Below are positions 18,536-27,790 of a DNA stretch of 36,249 nucleotides, one piece after another (the stretch's first letter is position 1; each line of letters opens with the position of its first letter). Source of the stretch: a virus (taxonomy: Duplodnaviria; Caudoviricetes); the IMG/VR virus record IMGVR_UViG_3300029183_000430, positions 1 to 36,249 of that record. The stretch is one strand, 5' to 3'. The position numbers and the translations under genes are program-made. Under the pieces are notes generated by a model. The model was given only the letters and a program-made list of their open reading frames with translations. It ran no database searches and was not told where the DNA came from.

Positions 18536-20998
18536 ATGGCGTTTATTGATTGTTTATTAAGCAAAGTTGACCGCAAGCTGCTTACGAAAGGTCAGGTTGA
18601 TACCATTGTGGGCAAGTATGAAACGCTTGTGGAGAGGTATAAGCGCAGCATGGGCGATGAGCAGGCAGCTGCTCAAGCAGCATCTGACCTTGTAACAAGA
18701 GAAGCACAAATACTAGCCGATAAAAAGCGCAATTCAATACGTGGGGCGTTAGCACAGCGTCGTATTATGGATGATTTGGAAAAGCAGGTAGGCGAAGGCG
18801 TAGCGTTTGATGAGGCAGTTAGAAACCTTTATGAACGTGCTTACTCACGTAAATACAGCATACTAAAGCAATACTACGCCAATATTGACGAATTTGTAGA
18901 AAAGTTTCGCAGTAAAGCAGCGGGGCTGTATCGCAATACACGCGATATGGAACCTGTAGTGCGGGAAATGCTGGGAGAAACCACAGGCAATGCGGAAGCA
19001 AGAGCATTTGGCGAGTCTTTGCGCAAAACATTTGATTTAGCCCATAAGCGCTATAAAGCAGCAGGTGGGATTATTGGCAAGATAGACAACTACTTTCCTC
19101 AAATCCATGCTCAGCAACTTATCAAAGCCGTATCATTTGAAGAGTGGCACGACTTTATTAGACCGCGCTTAGACATAGACCGCATGATTGATATGGATAC
19201 GGGCCTGCCATTTACTGAAGAAAAGCTACTTAAGCTTATGCGTGATGATTACGAAGGTATTGTTACCAATGGTCTGTCAGAACTGAAAAAACGAGCGGAA
19301 AAGGGGCTCCAAACATTTGGTTTTGGAAAAGATGTATCGCAGCGACGGATGGCAAGCCGCTTTTACCATTTTAAAGACGCACAGTCTTTTCTAGAATACA
19401 ACTCGCGGTTTGGTTCCGGCGATGATGGTTTATTTGATATGGTGATTGGCAGTTTGGAAGGAACAGCACGTGATACGGGCGTATTAGAAATACTAGGTCC
19501 TACGCCAAACGCCATCCAGCGCCACCTAGACCTTCAGCTGTCAGCACGAGGAACAGGAGTTATAAGTAAAAGCTGGACCAACGGCATGTATGACATATTG
19601 GCGGGTCGCACGGACGGGCTAGCGGGGGAAAGCTGGTGGTTTACCGCACTGGCCAATACCCAAAATGTGCTTCGGTCAGCGCTTTTAGGTTCAGCGTCAA
19701 TATCAGCCATATCCGATTCAACGTTTATTGTAGCGACAGCCCGCCTTAACGGACTATCAGGCACGCAAGCCATTAAGCGCTATTTAAAGCTTCTTAATCC
19801 AACATCGAGCGCTGACCGAACATTAGCCAAACGGTCAGGGTATATTGCGGATATTGCAAGGGGTCGCGCCTTAACAGAAACGCGGTTTGCGGGTGAGGCT
19901 ATGGGAGGAAAGGTAACTTCTTGGTTGGCCGGGTTTACTAACAGAGCGTCTGGTCTTCAGGCAATGACAAAAGCCGCATCAGATGCCATGGCTCTAGAAG
20001 CAGAAGGAGCCTTGGCGGATTTAGTAACACGTCAGGTGACCTTTGGAAATTTGGATAAATCACTACGTGAGGCACTTAGCGCCCATGGAATCGGTGATTC
20101 CGAATGGAATGTAATCTTAAAAAGTAAGCTGTTTGAGCCAGAAAAAGGTGTTAAGTTTTTACGCAGTCAGGAAATAACACTTACCGATGTGGGGGATGCT
20201 AAGCTAGCGCTAGAGACCGCAACGAAAGTAGACGATTGGATTAATACCATGCGGTTTCACGCCGTCAATGACCCGACACTAAGGACACAGGCATTGTCGA
20301 CAGGAGCGATGCTGGGGGATGGTCGTAAAGGGTCAGGAGCACGTGCATTAGCCAGCTCACTGTTTATGTTTAAATCATTTCCAGTAACCGTGCTTTTTAA
20401 TCATGTACTGCCTTCATTGCGTCGGGCAGCCAACCATCAGTACGAGCATTTTGCTACGGTATTTGTAGGCACAACATTATTAGGTGGTATGGCGTTACAA
20501 CTTAAAGATTTATCGAAAGGCAAAGACCCGCGAAGCACAGATAGTTGGAGATTTTGGGCCGCATCTGCGTTGCAAGGAGGTGGTATGGGACTTTTTGGTG
20601 ATTTTTTGTTTGCAGATTACAGCCGGTTCGGCCGAGACCCCATTGTCGATAGCATAGGCCCGGTGGCTGGTTTGGGTTCAGATGTGCTCCGAACGTTTAT
20701 GGGCAACTTTCAGCGAGCGTTAGAAGATGAGTCGGGGAAAAGTATGGACAAATTTAAAAGGGATGTATTTAATTTGGCAAAAAGAAATACCCCTGCTGTT
20801 TCATTGTGGTATACTCGCCTCGTTTTGGAACGACTGTTACTTGATGAAATTGAACGAATGGCGGACCCAAGGTTTGACCGACATAATCGCATGATTGAAA
20901 AACGAATGCAACGCGAGTTTGGGCAACAGTTTTGGTGGAGACGTGGTCAGCAAGCCCCCCAAAGAGCCCCTCGTTTAGATAATGTGGTAGGCAGATAA
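18536..20998 (+). CDS. Large internal virion/ejection protein
   Basis: YFPQIH, FMFKSFP, LQGGGMGLFGDFL and LWYTR motifs typical of the last ejection protein of BPP-1-like podoviruses. Confidence 0.75.
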   Translation: MAFIDCLLSKVDRKLLTKGQVDTIVGKYETLVERYKRSMGDEQAAAQAASDLVTREAQILADKKRNSIRGALAQRRIMDDLEKQVGEGVAFDEAVRNLYERAYSRKYSILKQYYANIDEFVEKFRSKAAGLYRNTRDMEPVVREMLGETTGNAEARAFGESLRKTFDLAHKRYKAAGGIIGKIDNYFPQIHAQQLIKAVSFEEWHDFIRPRLDIDRMIDMDTGLPFTEEKLLKLMRDDYEGIVTNGLSELKKRAEKGLQTFGFGKDVSQRRMASRFYHFKDAQSFLEYNSRFGSGDDGLFDMVIGSLEGTARDTGVLEILGPTPNAIQRHLDLQLSARGTGVISKSWTNGMYDILAGRTDGLAGESWWFTALANTQNVLRSALLGSASISAISDSTFIVATARLNGLSGTQAIKRYLKLLNPTSSADRTLAKRSGYIADIARGRALTETRFAGEAMGGKVTSWLAGFTNRASGLQAMTKAASDAMALEAEGALADLVTRQVTFGNLDKSLREALSAHGIGDSEWNVILKSKLFEPEKGVKFLRSQEITLTDVGDAKLALETATKVDDWINTMRFHAVNDPTLRTQALSTGAMLGDGRKGSGARALASSLFMFKSFPVTVLFNHVLPSLRRAANHQYEHFATVFVGTTLLGGMALQLKDLSKGKDPRSTDSWRFWAASALQGGGMGLFGDFLFADYSRFGRDPIVDSIGPVAGLGSDVLRTFMGNFQRALEDESGKSMDKFKRDVFNLAKRNTPAVSLWYTRLVLERLLLDEIERMADPRFDRHNRMIEKRMQREFGQQFWWRRGQQAPQRAPRLDNVVGR

Positions 20999-20999
20999 T

Positions 21000-22652
21000 A
21001 TGACAATATCGAACCAAACAGTACAGATACGGGAACAGGGAAACGGCTCTAAAACTGACTTTGACTTTCCATTTCCGATAGCCCTGTCAAGTGAGCTTAA
21101 GGTATGGAAGATAACACGAGCCACTGACGCAAAGACCACCTCTGACCCTCTTGTTTTAGGAACTGATTACACGGTGACTATTAACACAAGCACTGAGGGA
21201 GGAACGGTTACTTATACGACAGCCCCCGCGTCAACCGAAGACTCGTTTATTACAAGAGAATTAGATTATACGCAACCAACCGTATTCCCCCGTGTAAATG
21301 TGTTCCCTGAAGATACAGTTGAAAAGACGTACGACCGCAATGTCAAACTGATACAACAGATTAACCGCGAAACCAACCGCGCTCTTAAGCTTCCTGATAC
21401 CACCGAAGTGTCTGATGTGTTAACAGATGAACCCACAGACGCCACCGTTCCGCGATGGAGTTCAGCGGATAGCCAGTATAAGCACGTAGCCATTGCCGCC
21501 TCCGGTAGTTATGTGGACCCGGTTACCACTGAAGGCGATACTATTCAGGGCAGTAGCAGTGGTGTGCAAGAGCGACATCCCATCGGACCAGCTAATACAA
21601 TAAGAATATCTAACGGAACAAGACTTGTTTACGGCAAAATAGGTATTGATAACATTCAAACGGGTGTAATTACACTAGGCAATCTTGATATTCCAGCCTT
21701 TCATAACGCGCTACCTCCTGATTTTGTGGTGAAGTATGTGACCGATGACACCATCGATATTGATTGGGTTAAGCCGGGCCTTGTTCTACAAGATACCTCA
21801 CAGCAATTGTTCTATGTGCCCAAGGGGAACTATACATGCGACATCACGACCACTGGAGCTAATGGTTTAGATGCTGGATCTGCCACGAATACCGGCTATT
21901 ATGTGTATATTATTGCTAACTCGACGGCCCTATCGACCGGTACAACAGATTCGACAACGGCATCAAAACTTGAGGATAGTTCGGCGGATTTTGTGACAGA
22001 TGGGGTCAAAGTAGGTGACCGCGTACGTAATGTAACCGACAATACAGAAACTTACGTGACAGCCGTCGATGATTTAAACACACTATCGGTAAACGATGAT
22101 ATTTTTATAAGTGGTGAAGATTACGAGGTATATGCTGTTGCCTCATTGCTAGCAGCATCCAGCACATCGCCCACGATGCCAAGTGGCTATGACATGAAAC
22201 GTATTGTGGGATGGGTGTCTCGTATATCAGGAGCGCTTGTTCCCTTTTATCAGCACAGGTATCATTGGAAGCATACACAGCACGGCGATAGCTATAATGT
22301 AGTAGCTGGGGACACATCACTATCCACAACGGCTGAGACCATGAATTTTGGGACGGGGCCAACGGCACCGGCAGAGGCAAACCCCATTAATATTCGTGTG
22401 CGGTATCGCGTTAACCACAATGCAGCCAATATTTTCTTTGGTATCGAGGTGTTTCACTCGGATGAAACCTCCGGAGATTCAGTGATTGAGGTGGTAAGTC
22501 AGGTTACAGGAATAAGTGTGTATGATGTGAACAATACGTGGATAACACAGGATACGAGTCAGCAGGCGAAGTATAGGCGAGGCACGGCCACATCACCTGC
22601 CACATCAGAGGATTTACAGATAAGTGTCATGGGATTTGTGTTAAACATCTAA
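21000..22652 (+). CDS. Tail fibre protein
   Basis: N-terminal adaptor GNGSKTDFDFPFPI...LVLGTDYTV...GGTVTY (T7 gp17-N type); GLDAGS...YYVYII...PTMPSGY domain. Confidence 0.85.
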   Translation: MTISNQTVQIREQGNGSKTDFDFPFPIALSSELKVWKITRATDAKTTSDPLVLGTDYTVTINTSTEGGTVTYTTAPASTEDSFITRELDYTQPTVFPRVNVFPEDTVEKTYDRNVKLIQQINRETNRALKLPDTTEVSDVLTDEPTDATVPRWSSADSQYKHVAIAASGSYVDPVTTEGDTIQGSSSGVQERHPIGPANTIRISNGTRLVYGKIGIDNIQTGVITLGNLDIPAFHNALPPDFVVKYVTDDTIDIDWVKPGLVLQDTSQQLFYVPKGNYTCDITTTGANGLDAGSATNTGYYVYIIANSTALSTGTTDSTTASKLEDSSADFVTDGVKVGDRVRNVTDNTETYVTAVDDLNTLSVNDDIFISGEDYEVYAVASLLAASSTSPTMPSGYDMKRIVGWVSRISGALVPFYQHRYHWKHTQHGDSYNVVAGDTSLSTTAETMNFGTGPTAPAEANPINIRVRYRVNHNAANIFFGIEVFHSDETSGDSVIEVVSQVTGISVYDVNNTWITQDTSQQAKYRRGTATSPATSEDLQISVMGFVLNI

Positions 22653-22675
22653 GCTAGATGGGGGAGGTAAAAGGA

Positions 22676-23524
22676 ATGAAAACGATACGGTCAATGATAG
22701 CGGCGCTGCTTATTTTCGGGCTTGCTGCATGCGGTCAAGAAACAACGGATATCGCAGAACGAACACGGGTTGATAGCAATGTGTTTTCCACCGGAGAAGT
22801 TTATCCTAACGAGGTAGGAAAAACAGCCATTGTGTCCAAGCCTGCGGCCTATGGCCAGATGTTCATTGATAGCTGCACATCTACAAATAACTCAGGCTCT
22901 GCGATTGATTTAGGGTGTGCGCGCTTACTTAATAACGATGACTGGACTTTCTGGGCTTTAGATGATTCGGCGACACCTGATGCCACAGACGACACAACCG
23001 ATGCACAAGACGCAGGTGCAGGCGATATCGTCTTATTTACGACGACTAACAATGATGGCTGGATGTGGTGTGGCAACTTTCGCCCTACGGCCATTGGTCT
23101 AACCGTAAGTCAGGCTCAGACAGGGTCTCCTGTATATGCGTATAGTTACTACAATGGAACGGATTACAGCTCGACCATCACACCCATACAGGCCATATCG
23201 TCTTATACAGCGGCAGACCATGTGTTAGCGTTCCCGATGCCAGCTGATTGGGAAAAGGGCTCTACAGTTGCGGTAGGTGGTCCAGCTGATGATGACCAGT
23301 ATTGTTTGCGTGCGATTGCAACCACCGCTCCAAGTCAGCAGGTAGAAGGGACCATTGCCTGGGCATTGAGACATGAGAAGTATCAGCAGGCCATTGAAGA
23401 TAAGAATGCACTAGGTTTAACGTGGCAGCCCCCGCTTTTGCTAGGCAAAGGAGAAGGGTTTTTGTGTACGTTTAGCACAGCAAGTGCCAATAACTCATGT
23501 GTTATTAACTGGAGAGTTAAGTAA
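22676..23524 (+). CDS. Predicted lipoprotein, beta-rich, in the tail module
   Basis: MKTIRSMIAALLIFGLAAC lipobox; GGAGGT RBS before ATG 22676. Confidence 0.7.
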   Translation: MKTIRSMIAALLIFGLAACGQETTDIAERTRVDSNVFSTGEVYPNEVGKTAIVSKPAAYGQMFIDSCTSTNNSGSAIDLGCARLLNNDDWTFWALDDSATPDATDDTTDAQDAGAGDIVLFTTTNNDGWMWCGNFRPTAIGLTVSQAQTGSPVYAYSYYNGTDYSSTITPIQAISSYTAADHVLAFPMPADWEKGSTVAVGGPADDDQYCLRAIATTAPSQQVEGTIAWALRHEKYQQAIEDKNALGLTWQPPLLLGKGEGFLCTFSTASANNSCVINWRVK

Positions 23525-24306
23525 TGAAGCACGCTAAGCACATTTGGAAGGTTCTTTTAGCTGTGATAATTCTAGGCACATACGCTGTGGCTATGGATGT
23601 CAAAACCATTCCAAGTGGCGGTGGCGGCTTATCGGGAACAGCTGGTTCTGAAGATGATGTAGTGTGCTGGGATGCTTCAGGAGAGCTTGTATCCTGTCAA
23701 TCGGGTAATTTAACCTTTGATGGCACGACGGTGCAGGCAACGGTCGATGGTTCGTCTGGTGCAAAGTATTTTTCTATTATCGACGACCAAGCAAGCTCCG
23801 AAATGTTCTTTTTTCAAAACCAATCTGGAAATGCCCTGATTGGCACAAAGAACGATTCGGGTTTGTCAGGAATGGCTCTTCGGGGGGATTCTGATAGAAC
23901 TTTTATTACACACTTTGCTGCTACGGCGCATATTGATGTCACCGCAACGGGTGCCGGCAACGTAAGATTAGCATCGAGCTCGGGCGAAATCGACATGCAG
24001 AATCCCGTGCAAATGGATACTTCTACGCTTACTGTATCAAGTGGGGCTGTTACGGCTGTAAAATCCTATCACGTTATAAATGGTGAGGGAGCCTCTGCGG
24101 ACACGCTGGATACTATTAGTGGCGGCGAACAAGGTGATATTTTGTGGCTAGAGCGTGGAGATGCAGACATCACTTTAGACTGTGACTCAGGCGCAGCAGG
24201 TAACATCCGATGTGGTGGTGGTGCTGATATTGTACTAAATGATGGGGAAGTGATTCAGTTTATTTTTAATAGCGACTCAAACTGGGCATCGCCCGAAACA
24301 TCGTAA
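23524..24306 (+). CDS. Signal-peptide-bearing protein with a tail-fibre-like C-terminal domain
   Basis: MKHAKHIWKVLLAVIILGTYAVA (A-x-A cleavage site); LTVSSGAVT...DTLDTISGG..GDIL motif; TAATG coupling. Confidence 0.65.
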   Translation: MKHAKHIWKVLLAVIILGTYAVAMDVKTIPSGGGGLSGTAGSEDDVVCWDASGELVSCQSGNLTFDGTTVQATVDGSSGAKYFSIIDDQASSEMFFFQNQSGNALIGTKNDSGLSGMALRGDSDRTFITHFAATAHIDVTATGAGNVRLASSSGEIDMQNPVQMDTSTLTVSSGAVTAVKSYHVINGEGASADTLDTISGGEQGDILWLERGDADITLDCDSGAAGNIRCGGGADIVLNDGEVIQFIFNSDSNWASPETS

Positions 24307-24326
24307 CAAACAGGAGGAACCTAACT

Positions 24327-24563
24327 ATGCCAGATGGAAACGTGAACCGTTCATTTACGATACTTGAAATTAAGTACAACTTTACGGACGTCGGAGGTCC
24401 TTGGAAAGCGACCGTACAGTACGATAATGTCGATCCGGACGAAGGTGTTTCTGATGAACCGTTTGAAATAGATTGGCAGCTCAATCCCAACGAGCTTGCC
24501 ACGTTCCGCGACCGGGCTGTGTTGGATATCACTAATGCCATGCAGCATCTAGCCAATACCTAG
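24327..24563 (+). CDS. Hypothetical protein
   Basis: 78 aa with AGGAGG RBS. Confidence 0.7.
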   Translation: MPDGNVNRSFTILEIKYNFTDVGGPWKATVQYDNVDPDEGVSDEPFEIDWQLNPNELATFRDRAVLDITNAMQHLANT

Positions 24564-24576
24564 GAGGTGATCAATT

Positions 24577-24927
24577 ATGTTGGCTTTAGGTATTGTCGTA
24601 TTATTGTATCCGGCACTGCTTTTTGGGCAAGACGGTGGAGGTAATACAGATCCGATTATCTCCATCGTCAATGCTATTATTGCGGTCCTGACTCCGATTG
24701 CGGTATCAGGCCTAAAGAAACTGTGGAAATCATTGAATGATAAGCAGAAAAAGCTTATTCCATTCATCGCGCCTCTCGTTGGGGCAGCAGCAAGTATATT
24801 GGCTCATGTGGCAGGTCTTACGCCAGGTAGCACGAATACGGTTATTGTAATCAGCGGTCTTTTAGCAGGAGCAGTGGGACTGTGGTTACGAGAAGCAATT
24901 AAGCAGACGACACCGCTGAAATTGTAA
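24577..24927 (+). CDS. Holin-like small membrane protein
   Basis: 3-4 hydrophobic segments, AGGAGGT RBS, upstream of the endolysin. Confidence 0.55.
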   Translation: MLALGIVVLLYPALLFGQDGGGNTDPIISIVNAIIAVLTPIAVSGLKKLWKSLNDKQKKLIPFIAPLVGAAASILAHVAGLTPGSTNTVIVISGLLAGAVGLWLREAIKQTTPLKL

Positions 24928-24929
24928 CT

Positions 24930-25640
24930 ATGGTAACGGCCGCACGCATCATGGGGGCGATTGTCGCTGTGTTGGGTGCGGTCATTTGTATTGGCTGGCT
25001 AACAGGTAATACAGCGCTCGTTCAAATTCATCCCTCACTTACGCCGCAACAGTTTAATACGGCCCTTAGCTTTGTTCTATTAGGGCTAAGCATTGTTTTA
25101 ACACCGACCAAGATTAGTATTTATCTTGCTCATTTAGTTGGTATATTTGCGACCGCAACATTTGCTCAAGACTTGTTGGGAGTCAATTTTCATATTGATG
25201 AGCTGTTTTTAGATCATTATATTGTAACAAATACACCCAATCCAGGACGCATGGCCCCAAATACCGCGATTTGCTTTGCGATGTCCGCTTTATTTTTATT
25301 GTGTCATTATCGCTATCGACGGGCGTTTTTAGACGCGTTTGCCATCTTTTCGTCCGTAACCGTTCTTTCCTTATCAAGCATTTCACTTTTAGGTTATGTG
25401 TTTCGTGCTGATACACTTTATGGCTGGGCCGGCGCAACATTCATGGCACTGAATACGAGCATTATGTTTGTTATTGTGGCATTTGCACTTAGTTTATTGG
25501 CATTTCCTCATTGGTTTACAAAAGCAAAGCTTGTGCGTGAGATTGAGACGCGTATTTTAGCGAACGAACAATTAAAACAGAGTGCGGATGGTGAGGAATC
25601 GCTCCGAGCGTTATTAAAATCGTGGAAGGGTATCGAATAG
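24930..25640 (+). CDS. Stand-alone integral membrane sensor-like domain (about 6 TM)
   Basis: Three repeats (QQFNTALSF, RMAPNTAICF, FMALNTSIMF) plus GW and LLGY...LYG motifs, as seen N-terminal to histidine kinases/GGDEF proteins; no output domain. Confidence 0.7.
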   Translation: MVTAARIMGAIVAVLGAVICIGWLTGNTALVQIHPSLTPQQFNTALSFVLLGLSIVLTPTKISIYLAHLVGIFATATFAQDLLGVNFHIDELFLDHYIVTNTPNPGRMAPNTAICFAMSALFLLCHYRYRRAFLDAFAIFSSVTVLSLSSISLLGYVFRADTLYGWAGATFMALNTSIMFVIVAFALSLLAFPHWFTKAKLVREIETRILANEQLKQSADGEESLRALLKSWKGIE

Positions 25641-25641
25641 A

Positions 25642-25920
25642 ATGCAGTTCACGTGGGAGATGGCAGTGGCCGCAATTGGGAGCGTGGCCACGGTATGTTA
25701 CACGCTATATCAAATTAAAGGGCCAAGTAGGTCATCGAGCAGCAATTTAAGTTCGATGAGAGAATGGGTCAAAACGCTTGATAAGGATGTGCAAGGGCTA
25801 TCGACAAAGGTGGCCGTGCTACAAGAAAGATACCCTGAATTAATGGGGGATCTAAAGGAACTTAAGAACAAGCTAGAGAAGCTAAATGATGCGTTGTTGA
25901 AGTTTTTAAGTTCAAAATAG
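25642..25920 (+). CDS. Small protein with N-terminal TM and coiled coil (lysis region)
   Basis: Hydrophobic N-terminus, heptad-rich C-terminus. Confidence 0.6.
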   Translation: MQFTWEMAVAAIGSVATVCYTLYQIKGPSRSSSSNLSSMREWVKTLDKDVQGLSTKVAVLQERYPELMGDLKELKNKLEKLNDALLKFLSSK

Positions 25921-25928
25921 AGGGCAAA

Positions 25929-26102
25929 ATGGATGAAAAGAAACCAACAAAGGACGAAATAGACATCAAAAGTGACGCGCTGGAGTCACTTATTAAGCAG
26001 TATATGCTGGCAAGTTTTCGTGTAAAACGCAGAATAAACGCTATGTTGCGTGATGGCATAAAGGAAAAAACGCTACCGGACGAGATGCCTCATAATGTAT
26101 AA
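25929..26102 (+). CDS. Small hypothetical protein (57 aa, MDEKKPTKDEIDIKSDALESLIKQYML...), not in the ORF track
   Basis: GAGGG RBS; fills the gap; stop overlaps the endolysin start. Confidence 0.6.
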   Translation: MDEKKPTKDEIDIKSDALESLIKQYMLASFRVKRRINAMLRDGIKEKTLPDEMPHNV

Positions 26103-26544
26103 ATTTAGTAGACGGTCACTAAAACAGCTTGGCACATGCCATAAGGACTTACAGCGGCTGTTTCACACTGTCATTAAGTACCGCGATTGTGCCGTTCTTG
26201 AGGGATTTCGAGGCAAGCAGGCACAGGATAAAAAGTTTGATGAGGGGTATAGCAAGCTGCAATGGCCTTACGGCAATCACAATCAACTACCGTCAAGAGC
26301 GGTTGACGTGGTGCCTTACCCGATTAAATGGCGTGAGTGGGAACGAAATGCCAATGTGGAGCTGTATGAGTTTATTGGGTTTGTCAGAGCTATTGCAGCA
26401 ACGCTTAAAATCGATGTGATATCAGGGATAGACTGGGACGGGGACCTAAACTTTATTGAGCACTCATTTCTTGATTTTCCTCACTGGCAACTGGGTAAGG
26501 CCGTGATAAAAACAAAAGAACCTGTTGTTGTGGGCGTTCCTTAA
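26095..26544 (+). CDS. Endolysin, M15 family L-Ala-D-Glu peptidase (T5-like)
   Basis: MYKFSRRS, EGFR-x-x-x-x-Q, Zn ligands H-NQLPSRAVD and DFPHWQL. Confidence 0.92.
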   Translation: MYKFSRRSLKQLGTCHKDLQRLFHTVIKYRDCAVLEGFRGKQAQDKKFDEGYSKLQWPYGNHNQLPSRAVDVVPYPIKWREWERNANVELYEFIGFVRAIAATLKIDVISGIDWDGDLNFIEHSFLDFPHWQLGKAVIKTKEPVVVGVP

Positions 26545-26765
26545 TGCGAATAGACCTGTGGTTAGGGGCATTTATTGAGTTTGCTAAGCTTGTCTCGCCC
26601 CTGCTTTCAACCCTATGGGAATATTACAAGCATGATGGTCCGGAGAAGGTGAAGCGGTTTGTGGATGTGGTTAAAAAGACCGTAGCAGACTCCAGAGACG
26701 AGTTGGGAGCATCAAAAGGGCTATCAGACCTGATTGATAAAATCGACCGACAGGAGGCAAAATGA
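26544..26765 (+). CDS. Possible i-spanin-like protein
   Basis: N-terminal hydrophobic segment and helical C-terminus, between endolysin and a lipoprotein. Confidence 0.45.
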   Translation: MRIDLWLGAFIEFAKLVSPLLSTLWEYYKHDGPEKVKRFVDVVKKTVADSRDELGASKGLSDLIDKIDRQEAK

Positions 26766-27034
26766 GGCATTTAATCGCCATTCTCGCTATTGTTGTGGGG
26801 CTTACTGGATGCTTTTTGAAGTCATCATCTCAAGACCCTATTATTTTACCTTCGGACCGGCTTTTGTGGCGTATTGTTTGTCAGGACACCTTGTGCAGTG
26901 CAGTGGTTCGTGATGAGGAAGGTGTCATTGTAGCCGAAAAAGCCATCCACGACCTCAACGGGTTTTTTGCAATCACACCGGGCTATATGGTCGATATCTT
27001 TCAGAAGTGTGCTATTGAAGCCCAGTCTCGTTAG
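26762..27034 (+). CDS. Lipoprotein, possible o-spanin
   Basis: MRHLIAILAIVVGLTGC lipobox at the end of the lysis cassette. Confidence 0.6.
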   Translation: MRHLIAILAIVVGLTGCFLKSSSQDPIILPSDRLLWRIVCQDTLCSAVVRDEEGVIVAEKAIHDLNGFFAITPGYMVDIFQKCAIEAQSR

Positions 27035-27675
27035 CCCGCAAAACGAATAGCATCTTCTACCAGTCCAGTAGGTATTTGTAATTCTTTGGCGAGGTCAGCC
27101 ACTGATTCCCCCGCACTAAACCGCTCACAAATAGATGAAGTAGGTATGCCGATTCCATTAAGTGTTGGCTTGCCAAAATTTAAGGTTGGGTCAATGATTA
27201 TGGGCTTAGATTTGTTTGGGTCATAAGGGTGAGGATCTCTAAGAAATGGAAAAAATGCGGTTGGATCGCAGGAAGCGTCATATAGGATGCGTTCCAAATA
27301 TATTTTGTTGATGTGTTGAAGGTGACTGATAAAAAGATGCGGCTTAAGCAGCGGCCTTTGTATTTCTTTGGTCGTTAAACGAAATATCTCGTTGCAAATG
27401 ATGTTTTCTGGAACCCCACACCGGTGTTTAAGCAAGTAAAACACATATGCTTGAATTAGACTATTGAACGATAGGCCTTTGTCTTTAAAATGAAAAGTTT
27501 TTTCAATTTGTATAATTGGTGGCGTGTCTTCGTAATAGCCAGACACAAGCCATCTATCTAAATCGTGAATTGACACGTGTAAATAACGGGAGGCATCTGA
27601 AATAGAGCAAATCGGAATATCTCTAACATCTTTCCCCTGGCGCATATACTCAAATATTTCCTTTTCTGTCCCCAT
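27031..27675 (-). CDS. DUF433-domain protein with N-terminal HTH (VapB45-like antitoxin architecture)
   Basis: IIIDPTLNFGKPTLNGIGIPT..I.ERFSAGESVADLAKE...VEDAIRF; N-terminal SISDASRYL.V....L.RW. Confidence 0.88.
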   Translation of the reverse strand: MGTEKEIFEYMRQGKDVRDIPICSISDASRYLHVSIHDLDRWLVSGYYEDTPPIIQIEKTFHFKDKGLSFNSLIQAYVFYLLKHRCGVPENIICNEIFRLTTKEIQRPLLKPHLFISHLQHINKIYLERILYDASCDPTAFFPFLRDPHPYDPNKSKPIIIDPTLNFGKPTLNGIGIPTSSICERFSAGESVADLAKELQIPTGLVEDAIRFAG

Positions 27676-27698
27676 GCTTATGTTACATCATAAAATAA

Positions 27699-27764
27699 GC
27701 GAATACGCAAATAATTACTTGACACCTCACACATAGCATGAGATGGTGATTATAGCGAATACGC
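27699..27764 (+). promoter_or_regulatory. Early promoter bracketed by two GCGAATACGC operators
   Basis: Operators at 27699-27708 and 27755-27764; TTGACA at 27719-27724; 27699-27727 is identical to 31935-31963. Confidence 0.8.
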
Positions 27765-27790
27765 TTGCTATTAAGCGAGGGGGGATAATT

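Noticed and set aside
26085-26112. dif-like string (CATAATGTATA)
   Set aside because: Only part of the XerC arm and spacer match. The XerD arm is absent and the site is simply a stop/start overlap of coding genes.
27661-27688. XerD-arm-like TTATGTTACAT
   Set aside because: No XerC arm at the correct spacing; overlaps the DUF433 gene start.
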